NCBI GenBank assembly: GCA_039926785.1
Contig: JBDSWH010000327.1
Span: 1 to 37,325 of the forward strand
Source: Gammaproteobacteria bacterium
GTDB lineage: Bacteria; Pseudomonadota; Gammaproteobacteria; Steroidobacterales; GCA-2729495
Length of the DNA: 37,325 bases
Reading direction: 5' to 3'
Under the pieces are notes generated by a model. It was not told the origin of the DNA. It was given only the letters and a program-made list of their open reading frames with translations, and did no database searches. Within the stretch, counting starts at the first letter, position 1. Each line of letters opens with the position of its first letter. This document shows, in pieces, positions 8,801 through 15,810 of this stretch. The translations under genes were made by a program, and so were the position numbers.

Positions 8801-9301
8801 ATGCAGACTGCCGTCGCGATCGCCGTCCTGGCCCTCACGCCACTGCTTGCCTGGCGCATCTACGCCCGCATCCGGCGGAGCATCGGCCGCCAGCGCCTCT
8901 CCCGTCCGCGGGCCTGGCTGACTCTCACGTTGTTCCCGATGCTGCTCGCCTTGCTGGCCGTTGGCGCCTACTGGCAGGCGGTGCCTGTTGCCTGGCTGGC
9001 CGCCGGCCTGGCCAGCGGCGCGCTGCTGGCGATTTACGGCCTCCGGCGCACGCGCTTCGAGGCCACGGCCGAGGGCGTGTACTACACGCCGAGCGCCCAC
9101 CTGGGCGTGGCGCTGTCGCTGCTGCTGGTTGGGCGGGTGCTCTACCGGCTCGTCGAGGTCGCCGCAATCGATACCAGTGTTCTGACCGGGAATCAGCCGC
9201 CGGTGCTTAGTCCGCTGACTCTTGCCCTCGTTGGGCTGCTGGCCGGCTATTACATGCGTTATGCACTCGGGCTCGTGCGCTGGCGCCCCCCGGCAGCGTG
9301 A
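8801..9301 (+). CDS. Hypothetical membrane protein (4 TM; possibly DUF1453/CcdC-like)
   Basis: It starts 3 nt after the thioesterase stop and has hydrophobic segments separated by Arg-rich loops. The family assignment is uncertain. Confidence 0.45.
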   Translation: MQTAVAIAVLALTPLLAWRIYARIRRSIGRQRLSRPRAWLTLTLFPMLLALLAVGAYWQAVPVAWLAAGLASGALLAIYGLRRTRFEATAEGVYYTPSAHLGVALSLLLVGRVLYRLVEVAAIDTSVLTGNQPPVLSPLTLALVGLLAGYYMRYALGLVRWRPPAA

Positions 9302-9311
9302 GTCGACGGCC

Positions 9312-9830
9312 TCAGCGCTTCTTCGCCGCCGCGATCAGTTGCTCGGCCTTCGCCGTCAGCGCCGCGTCGCCGGTCGACAGGCTCAACGCCTTCCGGCCCA
9401 GGCCCTCCGCCTGTGCGAAGTCACCTTCGAGCAGGCGGATGTTGCCCAGCTCGAGCCACAGGACGGGCTGGCGCGGTTCAATCCGCAACGCACGCTCGAC
9501 CGAGGCGGCGGCTTGCTCGTAGTGCCCGGCGGCCTGGTGGCCCCGGCTCTGGGTCAGCAGGGCCTGGCTGGCCGAGCTGACGGGCGGAGCCGTGCGCGGC
9601 GGCGGGATCGGTTCGGCCGGGGCGGGTGGCGCCTCGGCAATATCTGGCACGGGACGAATGACCGCGACCTGGGCTGGCGGAGCGGGTGCCGGGGCTGGCG
9701 CGGGTACCGGTGTACGAATGGTTGGTGCCGGCTTGCCGAAGTCAGGCGGCACGCAGCCGGCCAGCAGCAGTGTTCCCGCCAGCACGGCCATCGCCCGCCG
9801 TCCGCTCAGTTCAACAAGCCCCGCAACCAT
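9312..9830 (-). CDS. TPR lipoprotein, LpoP-like candidate activator of PBP1B
   Basis: It has a lipobox (LLLAGC) and a roughly 70-aa Pro/Ala-rich linker (PAPTIRTPVPAPAPAPAPP...PPAPAEPIPPPRTAPP). The C-terminus is TPR-like (GHYEQAAASVERALRIEPRQPVLWLELGNIRLLEGDFAQAEGLGRKAL). The ORF overlaps the 3' end of mrcB by 25 nt; the alternative ATG at 9791 would leave a 14-nt gap. Confidence 0.6.
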   Translation of the reverse strand: MVAGLVELSGRRAMAVLAGTLLLAGCVPPDFGKPAPTIRTPVPAPAPAPAPPAQVAVIRPVPDIAEAPPAPAEPIPPPRTAPPVSSASQALLTQSRGHQAAGHYEQAAASVERALRIEPRQPVLWLELGNIRLLEGDFAQAEGLGRKALSLSTGDAALTAKAEQLIAAAKKR

Positions 9831-12136
9831 TGCATGCCCTGTTCAGCCGCGCCTTCCAGGCTGTCGAAGCCCGAGCCGCACAGCGGATTGGGCGGCACGA
9901 CAGTTCCGGCGGGCAATGGCAGTGTCACCGGATCGCCGCAGCCCGCTTCGGCCATCATGCCAGTGGCAAAGTCGAATGGCACATCCGTCAGGCCAGGAGC
10001 GGGCGTCGGTTCGTAGCCCGCGTCACCGTAGCCCGCCACCAGCCGTGCCCAGACCGGCAGTGCGCCCGAGGCACCGGTCAGGCCGGTAGGCGAGTTGTCA
10101 TCCGCACCCACCCAGACCACGGTCACGTGGTCATTGGTAAAGCCGGCGAACCAGCTGTCCCGCAGATCGTCTGACGTGCCCGTCTTGCCGGCTACGACGA
10201 GCCCCGGTGGCAGCCAGCTGCGGGCCACTCGTCCGGTGCCCCGCGCAACAACCTGGGTGAGCGTCGCGTTGAGCTCCTGGACCGCGGCGGGGTCGGCCGC
10301 GCGGTTGATCTTCAGCTGGTAGCGTTCCAGCGGCTTGCCGTCCGCGTCCAGAACGGCGCGCACGGCTTTCAGCGGTGAGCGGAACCCGCCGTTGGCCAGG
10401 CTGTTATAGACCTGGGCCACCTCGATGGGCGCCATGGCAACAGCGCCGAGCAACATCGAGGGCAGGGCCCGTGGTGCCTCGTCGAGACCCAGGCCCTGCA
10501 GCAAGATGGCCACGCGCTTCGGGCCCACGTCCATGCCGAGGCGTACGGTGGGGGTGTTCAGCGACTCCGCCAGCGCGCGCACGGCCGGCACTGGTCCCCG
10601 GTAGGCCTTGTCGTAGTTCTGCGGCGACCAGGTCCTGCCCCCGCCGAGCTGCACCGTGAGGGGCGCATCCTCGATTAGCGTCGCCGCCGTGTAGCGGCCC
10701 GACTCGAAGCCGGCCAGGTAGACGACGGGCTTCACCAGCGAACCGATGGGTCGCTTCGCATCGAGTGCCCGGTTGAAGCCCTTGAGTCGCGCATTGCGCC
10801 CACCCACGATGGCGACGACGTCCGGCGTCTGGGTGCCGGTGATGATGATCGCGCCATCCAGTTCACTGCCCGCCTTGCGCTTCTTCCGGTTGCGCTCAAG
10901 CTCGGTTAGCCCTTCGGCCAGCCGGCGCTCGGCGAGTTCCTGGAGGCGCGGGTCCAGCGTGGTCATGATCTTGAGGCCCGCAGTCTGCAGGTCGTCTTCC
11001 TTGTAGTCCGCCCGCAGTTCGCGCCGGACCAGATCCATGAAAGTCGGGTTGTAGCTGGCAAAGTTACTTGCCGTGCCCTTGACGTCCAGGTCCTTGCGCT
11101 TGGCCCGCACGGCCTCGTCCGCGTCGATCACGCCGAATTCAGCCATGAGGTCCAGAACCATGTCGCGCCGCGCGCGAGTGCGCACCGGGTGGCGGCGTGG
11201 GTCGTAGTAGGAGGGACCGCGCACGACCGCGATCAGCAGCGCGATGTCCTGGGACTGCAGTTCCGCCAGTGGCCGGCCAAAGTAAAACTGGCTGGCCAGG
11301 CCGAAGCCGTGGATGGCCCGGTCACCTGCCTGGCCCAGGTAGATTTCGTTCACGTAGGCGTTGAGGATGTCCGCCTTCTCGAAATGCAGTTCCAGCAGTA
11401 CCGACATCAACGCTTCGCGGAGCTTGCGCGTGATCGTCCGGCTGTTGTCGAGGAAGTAGCTGCGCACCAACTGCTGGGTGAGGGTGCTGCCCCCCTGTTC
11501 GATACCGCCGGCCCGGACGTTGGCCCACATGGCGCGGGCGATGGCTCGCAGCGACACGCCCCGATGTTTGTCGAAGTCCCGGTCCTCCACCACCTTCAGT
11601 CCCGCCAGCAGCATCGCCGGCACGGCGTCGGGCCCCAGCACGATGCGGTCTTCCCCGTGGCTGGTGAAGATGTTGCCGATGAAGGGCGGGTCGAGCCGGA
11701 GCAGGGGCACGTCCTGGCCTCCCAGGTCCGACAGTGACCCGATGGTGCCCGCGCTGAAGTTGACGATGACGCGCCGGGCGGGCTCGGGGCCGTCCCAGAA
11801 CTGGAAGGGCCGGGTGTGCACTGCCATGCGCTGGGATGAGCGGCTGAAGCTGCCCTGGCCCTCGGTCGTCTTCGCGCTGCCATAGCCCAAGGCCGCAAGC
11901 TCGCGCTGCAGGTCGTCGGGCGTCAGGCGAAGACCAGCGTAGATCTCCAGCGGGCGGGCGTAGACCTGGGCGGGAAGGTCCCATCGCCGGCCCTCAAACT
12001 GGCGGACGATCTGCCGGTCAAGGGTTGCAATGTAGCCAACGAGAATGGCGACGAGCAGCCCGGCTGCCAACCCAAGCCCGACCAGAACTTGCCGCGAGAG
12101 GTACTTGCGCAACCCGCGCCGGGACTTGCGTGCCAA
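9806..12136 (-). CDS. mrcB: Penicillin-binding protein 1B (bifunctional glycosyltransferase/transpeptidase)
   Basis: An N-terminal anchor is followed by a UB2H-type insertion (FEGRRWDLPAQVYARPLEIY...LGY). Glycosyltransferase motifs EDRDFDKHRGV and GGSTLTQQL are present. Transpeptidase motifs SLVK (SxxK), SLN and KTGT are present. The start appears to be TTG at 12136, as no in-frame ATG lies nearby. Confidence 0.9.
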   Translation of the reverse strand: MARKSRRGLRKYLSRQVLVGLGLAAGLLVAILVGYIATLDRQIVRQFEGRRWDLPAQVYARPLEIYAGLRLTPDDLQRELAALGYGSAKTTEGQGSFSRSSQRMAVHTRPFQFWDGPEPARRVIVNFSAGTIGSLSDLGGQDVPLLRLDPPFIGNIFTSHGEDRIVLGPDAVPAMLLAGLKVVEDRDFDKHRGVSLRAIARAMWANVRAGGIEQGGSTLTQQLVRSYFLDNSRTITRKLREALMSVLLELHFEKADILNAYVNEIYLGQAGDRAIHGFGLASQFYFGRPLAELQSQDIALLIAVVRGPSYYDPRRHPVRTRARRDMVLDLMAEFGVIDADEAVRAKRKDLDVKGTASNFASYNPTFMDLVRRELRADYKEDDLQTAGLKIMTTLDPRLQELAERRLAEGLTELERNRKKRKAGSELDGAIIITGTQTPDVVAIVGGRNARLKGFNRALDAKRPIGSLVKPVVYLAGFESGRYTAATLIEDAPLTVQLGGGRTWSPQNYDKAYRGPVPAVRALAESLNTPTVRLGMDVGPKRVAILLQGLGLDEAPRALPSMLLGAVAMAPIEVAQVYNSLANGGFRSPLKAVRAVLDADGKPLERYQLKINRAADPAAVQELNATLTQVVARGTGRVARSWLPPGLVVAGKTGTSDDLRDSWFAGFTNDHVTVVWVGADDNSPTGLTGASGALPVWARLVAGYGDAGYEPTPAPGLTDVPFDFATGMMAEAGCGDPVTLPLPAGTVVPPNPLCGSGFDSLEGAAEQGMQWLRGLLN

Positions 12137-12193
12137 CCGCCGTCATCCATCCAGGGGACGGCCGGCATGGTAGCACCGGCGCCTGAATGGAGA

Positions 12194-12253
12194 CTGTAGG
12201 AGCGGCTTTAGCCGCGAAGGGAATTTCCCTCGCGGCTTAAGCCGCTCCTACAG
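12194..12253. repeat. REP/BIME-like imperfect 60-nt palindrome made of two inverted GTAGGAGCGGCTTnAGCCGCGA units
   Basis: The left arm is CTGTAGGAGCGGCTTTAGCCGCGAAGGGA. The reverse complement of the right arm is CTGTAGGAGCGGCTTAAGCCGCGAGGGA, giving one mismatch and one indel. Each arm also holds its own GCGGC-TTnA-GCCGC hairpin. The right arm includes the TAG stop (12248-12250) of the VOC gene, and the element lies upstream of mrcB. Confidence 0.8.
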
Positions 12254-12682
12254 GCCAAATTCGAGCAGTTCGACGATGTTGCCGTCGGGGTCCCGCCCGT
12301 AGGTCACGAAGCCGCCCTCCTGCGCCTGGGGCGGTGCGTGAAAACGCATACCCGCGGCCTTCAGACGGGTGTATTCGGCCTGGCTGTCCCGGACTTCCAG
12401 GCAGATATGGGTGATGCCATGGTCGCAGGCGGGGCGATCCGGGTCACCGGGCCGCGGTGCCGGTGAACTGAACTCGAAGATTTCCAGATAGCTGTCGCCG
12501 AGTTTCACCATCACCGCCCGCGCCGCGGAGTCCCTGAGACCGGTGAGGGCGTCGGCCTCGGGAATCCCGGCGGGCCAGCCGAACTCGCGCACGACGGTGC
12601 AGCCGAACAGGTCCTTGTAGAAACGGACCGAGCGATCCAGGTCAGGGGTGGAGATGGCGGCGTGGTGGAAGCCCTTCAGCAT
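12248..12682 (-). CDS. VOC-family (glyoxalase I-like) protein
   Basis: MLKGFHHAAISTPDLDRSVRFYKDLFG... and ...DPDGNIVELLEF are classic VOC motifs. It lies 9 nt downstream of the EamA gene. Confidence 0.85.
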   Translation of the reverse strand: MLKGFHHAAISTPDLDRSVRFYKDLFGCTVVREFGWPAGIPEADALTGLRDSAARAVMVKLGDSYLEIFEFSSPAPRPGDPDRPACDHGITHICLEVRDSQAEYTRLKAAGMRFHAPPQAQEGGFVTYGRDPDGNIVELLEFGL

Positions 12683-12691
12683 GCGCCGATT

Positions 12692-13585
12692 CTACTGGCG
12701 TCTGGCGACCAGCACACCCGCTACCACGAGCGCGGCACATACCGCAGCCAGCGGCCCGAGTGCCTCGCCCAGCCACCACCACCCGAGTCCCGCGGCCACC
12801 ACTGGCTGGATCAGGATCACGACGGACGACAGGGACGCGGGCAGCCGCCCCACCGCCCACACGATGCTGCCCTGACCGAGCACGTGGACCAGATAAGCGA
12901 GGCCGGCGAGCACTGCCCAGCCCGCGGCGGAGGCGGGCCAGAAGTTCTCGCCGGACGCCAGCGCCACGGCACCGGTGATCAGGGCCGCCACGGCCGTGCT
13001 CGCCAGCATGACCTGGAAGCCGCCGGCCGAGCCGCGCGCGCGCTCGACCGCGAGCAGGTAGCCTGCGTACGCCACTGCCGTTGTCACTCCGTAGGCGTCA
13101 CCCAGCAGCGCATGGCTCCCGGTGGCGCCGCTGCCTGCCGTGGCGCCGCTGGGTATGCTGGTCAGCGCGAGTCCGGCCGCACCGGCGAAGGCGAGCGCGG
13201 CCCCGACCGAGAACCGGAGGGTCGGCCGCTGATCGCGCACCAGCCAGTAGAACAGAACGACCAGGATCGGCGTGAGGTTGGCGAGCAGCGTGGCATTCGC
13301 CACCGACGTGAGGGCAATCGACGCGTGCCAGAAGCAGAGGTCCAGCGCGAAGCAAAGCCCCGCGAACGCGAGCAGGCCGCGGCCGGAGCGGGGTAGCAAC
13401 GGTCCGGCGGTGCGCCGGGCCAGCAGCCAGAGCGCCGGCAAAGCCAGCACCAGCCGCCAGAACGCGGTGGCGTTCAGGCCCACTTCGCTCCAGCGGACGA
13501 AGATCGGCGCAAAGCCGATGGCGATGGCGCCCCCGATGAGGGCCAGCATCGGACGGGGGCTCTGACCCATTTTCGTTTGCGCCAT
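12692..13585 (-). CDS. DMT-superfamily transporter (EamA/RhaT type, 10 TMS)
   Basis: It has two EamA-like halves with about 10 hydrophobic segments. The N-terminus LIGGAIAIGFAPIFVRWSEVG...AFWR is typical. Confidence 0.8.
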   Translation of the reverse strand: MAQTKMGQSPRPMLALIGGAIAIGFAPIFVRWSEVGLNATAFWRLVLALPALWLLARRTAGPLLPRSGRGLLAFAGLCFALDLCFWHASIALTSVANATLLANLTPILVVLFYWLVRDQRPTLRFSVGAALAFAGAAGLALTSIPSGATAGSGATGSHALLGDAYGVTTAVAYAGYLLAVERARGSAGGFQVMLASTAVAALITGAVALASGENFWPASAAGWAVLAGLAYLVHVLGQGSIVWAVGRLPASLSSVVILIQPVVAAGLGWWWLGEALGPLAAVCAALVVAGVLVARRQ

Positions 13586-13611
13586 GGCGCACAGCTTAGC
13601 GGTTGCCGGCC

Positions 13612-13617
13612 TATACT
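13612..13617 (+). promoter_or_regulatory. Candidate -10 box (TATACT) for the lemA operon
   Basis: An AT-rich hexamer lies 41 nt upstream of the lemA ATG in the divergent intergenic region. The -35 element is weak. Confidence 0.25.
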
Positions 13618-13658
13618 CGCAGGGACGCCTGCTTTACCCACTGCGAGGAATAAAAGCC

Positions 13659-14270
13659 ATGTCCAGAATCAGACCGAGCTTTGCACTGGCCCCGTTGCTG
13701 GTGTTCTGCACCCTGTTGCTCACCGGCTGCGGCTATAACGCCATGCAGGGTAGCGACGAGAGCGTCAAGGCCGCCTGGGCCGAGGTCACCAACCAGTACC
13801 AGCGGCGTGCGGATCTCATCCCGAACCTGGTCCGCACCGTCGAGGGTTTTGCCCAGCAGGAGCGCGACGTCCTGATCAAGGTCACGGAGGCCCGCGCCAA
13901 GGTCGGCTCGGTGCAAGCCACGCCCGAGACCCTCAACGACCCCGCGGCGTTCCAGAAATTCCAGGCCGCCCAGGGCGAGCTGTCCGGCGCCCTGTCCCGG
14001 TTGCTGGTTGTGGTGGAGAAGTACCCCGAGCTGAAGTCCGACCAGAACTTCCGGGACCTCCAGGCCCAGCTGGAGGGCACCGAAAATCGCATCGCTGTCG
14101 CGCGCAACCGTTTCATCGATGCGACGCGGTCGTACAACACGCTGATCCGGACCTTCCCAAACAACCTAATCGCGAAGTTTTTTGGCTACCAGGTCAAGCC
14201 GACCTTCACCGTGGAGAACGAGGCCGAGATCAGCAAGCCGCCGGAAGTGAACTTCGGCAAGCAAGGCTGA
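13659..14270 (+). CDS. lemA: LemA-family protein (lipoprotein or membrane-anchored)
   Basis: An internal ATG at 13659 lies behind GAGGAA. The signal/lipobox is LLLTGCGYN. LemA wording is present: VKAAWAEVTNQYQRRADLIPNLVRTVEGFAQQERDVL...ENRIAVARNRFIDATRSYNTLIRTFPNNLIAKFFGY. Confidence 0.9.
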   Translation: MSRIRPSFALAPLLVFCTLLLTGCGYNAMQGSDESVKAAWAEVTNQYQRRADLIPNLVRTVEGFAQQERDVLIKVTEARAKVGSVQATPETLNDPAAFQKFQAAQGELSGALSRLLVVVEKYPELKSDQNFRDLQAQLEGTENRIAVARNRFIDATRSYNTLIRTFPNNLIAKFFGYQVKPTFTVENEAEISKPPEVNFGKQG

Positions 14271-14271
14271 C

Positions 14272-15171
14272 GTGTTGGTCGGTTCTCCGGTGCTGCCGCG
14301 CCTGGTAGCGGCGGCTTTGCTTCTCGGGCCCGGTTGCCTGCCGGCCCAGCCGCTCGTCGCCGTGCCACCGCTGACGGCCCGTGTGATCGACCAGACCGGA
14401 ACGCTGCCGGTCGCCGAGCGAGCCGCGCTCGAGGGCCGCCTTCAAGCCCTGGAAGCACGGAAAGGCAGCCAGATCGCGGTCCTGGTGGTGCCCACGACCG
14501 TGCCCGAGGCGCCGGAGCAGTTCTCGCTGCGCGTGGCGGAGACCTGGAAGCTCGGCCGCAAGGGTGTCGACGACGGCGTCCTGCTGCTGGTGGCGAAGGA
14601 AGACCGGGCCGTCCGCATCGAGGTGGGCTACGGACTCGAGGGCGCCATCCCCGACGCCACCGCGAACCGGGTGATCGACGAGTACATCCTGCCCCGTTTC
14701 CGCGCGGGCGATTACGCTGGTGGCATTGCCGCGGGCGTGGACCGGCTGGCCGGACTGGTGGATGGTGAGCTGCTGCCGGCGCCGGCGCAGCAACGCGGCT
14801 CTGGCCCCAGCGCGGGCGCCGGGCTGGATAACCTCTTCCCGGTCATCTTCGTCGTGTCACTGGTGGTGGGCGGCGTGTTGCGCAGGCTGCTGGGCCAATT
14901 CCCCGGCGCCGTTGGCACCGGTGCCGTCGCGGCCGGCGTCACCTGGTTGCTGGCCGGCGTTCTGGGCGTGACGCTGTTCATGGGCATGGCCGGCTTTGTC
15001 ATTGGCCTGCTCACCGGCGGCGGGGGCGGGCGCTGGGCGAGTAATCCCCGGGGACGTCACGGCGGCGGCTACGGTGGTGGTTTCGGCGGCGGTGGCTTTG
15101 GCGGTGGCGGGGGTGGCTTCGGCGGTGGTGGTGGTGGCTTCGGAGGCGGCGGCGCGTCCGGCCGCTGGTAA
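14272..15171 (+). CDS. TPM-domain protein (YgcG-like) with a TM segment and a Gly-rich C-terminal tail
   Basis: It has a signal peptide and a TPM core (RVIDQTGTLPVAERAALEGRL...GSQIAVLVVPT...GVLLLVAKEDRAVRIEVGYGLEGAIPDA). Hydrophobic segments follow, then a GGGFGGGG-type tail. The GTG start lies 1 nt after the lemA stop. Confidence 0.8.
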   Translation: MLVGSPVLPRLVAAALLLGPGCLPAQPLVAVPPLTARVIDQTGTLPVAERAALEGRLQALEARKGSQIAVLVVPTTVPEAPEQFSLRVAETWKLGRKGVDDGVLLLVAKEDRAVRIEVGYGLEGAIPDATANRVIDEYILPRFRAGDYAGGIAAGVDRLAGLVDGELLPAPAQQRGSGPSAGAGLDNLFPVIFVVSLVVGGVLRRLLGQFPGAVGTGAVAAGVTWLLAGVLGVTLFMGMAGFVIGLLTGGGGGRWASNPRGRHGGGYGGGFGGGGFGGGGGGFGGGGGGFGGGGASGRW

Positions 15172-15177
15172 CGCGCC

Positions 15178-15672
15178 ATGGCGAGCCGCTGGCTGCAAAA
15201 CCTGACGACGACCCACTTCGCCCTGCGCCGCTGCTTTCCGGCAGCGACCCTGTCCGCGATCGACGCCGCCATCGCCGCGTCGGAACGCGGGCACCGGGCC
15301 GAGATCCGCTGCGCCATCGAGACGGCCCTGTCGCTCGGCGAGCTGGCCCGCGACACCGGCAGCCCGGCCCGGGCGGCCAGCGTGTTTGCCGCCCTGCGTG
15401 TGTGGGATACCGCCGAGAACAATGGAGTGCTGGTGTACGTGCTGTTGGCCGAGCGGCACATCGAAATCGTGGCCGATCGGGGTTTCACCGGCCGGGTGGC
15501 GCCGGCGGAGTGGGAGGCGGTCTGTCAGGAGATGGAGCGCGAGTTCCGAGCAAGTCGCTACGAGCAGGGCACTCTGGCCGCGCTGGACCGCATCAGCGAG
15601 CTGGCACGCCGGCATTTCCCGGCCTCTGGCGAAAATCGCAACGAGTTGCCCGACCGTACCATCCTGCTGTGA
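15178..15672 (+). CDS. TPM-domain protein (second TPM gene of the LemA operon)
   Basis: SERGHRAEIRCAIE...NNGVLVYVLLAERHIEIVADRGF is TPM-like. It starts 6 nt after the previous stop. Confidence 0.75.
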   Translation: MASRWLQNLTTTHFALRRCFPAATLSAIDAAIAASERGHRAEIRCAIETALSLGELARDTGSPARAASVFAALRVWDTAENNGVLVYVLLAERHIEIVADRGFTGRVAPAEWEAVCQEMEREFRASRYEQGTLAALDRISELARRHFPASGENRNELPDRTILL

Positions 15673-15696
15673 TTCGTTGGTGTGACCCGCTCGTGG

Positions 15697-15810
15697 CTAG
15701 AAGATGTCCGCGAGGATGATGAAGCGGATGATGCCCGCAAGGGCTGCCAGTGCCAGTACGCCGATAATGGCCATCTCCACGTATTGACCCAGATTCTTCA
15801 AGAATGACAT
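15697..15810 (-). CDS. Candidate 37-aa single-TM small membrane protein (MSFLKNLGQYVEMAIIGVLALAALAGIIRFIILADIF)
   Basis: The internal ATG of the 96-aa track ORF is preceded on the minus strand by AGGAG with a 6-nt spacer. It has a clean amphipathic N-terminus and one TM helix. The upstream part of the track ORF is Ala/Arg/Ser-rich and looks non-coding. Confidence 0.45.
   Translation of the reverse strand: MSFLKNLGQYVEMAIIGVLALAALAGIIRFIILADIF

Noticed and set aside
9302-9311. A bidirectional terminator between the convergent membrane-protein gene and the LpoP-like gene.
   Set aside because: The gap is only 10 nt, with a 4-bp TGAG/CTCA complement. That is too short to form a credible terminator hairpin.
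9640-9730. Repetitive GGYGCNGGN-type DNA (GCGGGTGCCGGGGCTGGCGCGGGTACCGG) seen on the plus strand.
   Set aside because: It is the reverse complement of the Pro/Ala linker codons (PAPAPAPAPP) of the LpoP-like lipoprotein. It is coding low complexity, not a regulatory repeat.
13584-13658. N-terminal extensions of track ORFs, here for lemA. The same issue applies to 18584-18769, 20065-20184, 19796-20230, 21204-21320, 23691-23744, 26136-26300, 26854-26898, 28043-28072 and 31475-31573.
   Set aside because: The extensions are Arg/Gly/Pro-rich or overlap the upstream gene. Internal ATGs give canonical N-termini (signal peptide, Tat motif, lipobox or a conserved family N-terminus), often with a Shine-Dalgarno site. 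Shorter coordinates were therefore used.
15040-15165. Tandemly repetitive GGC/GGT-rich DNA that could be a micro-satellite or a CRISPR-like repeat.
   Set aside because: It lies in frame inside the TPM (YgcG-like) gene and encodes the Gly/Phe tail common in that family. There is no repeat-spacer organisation.
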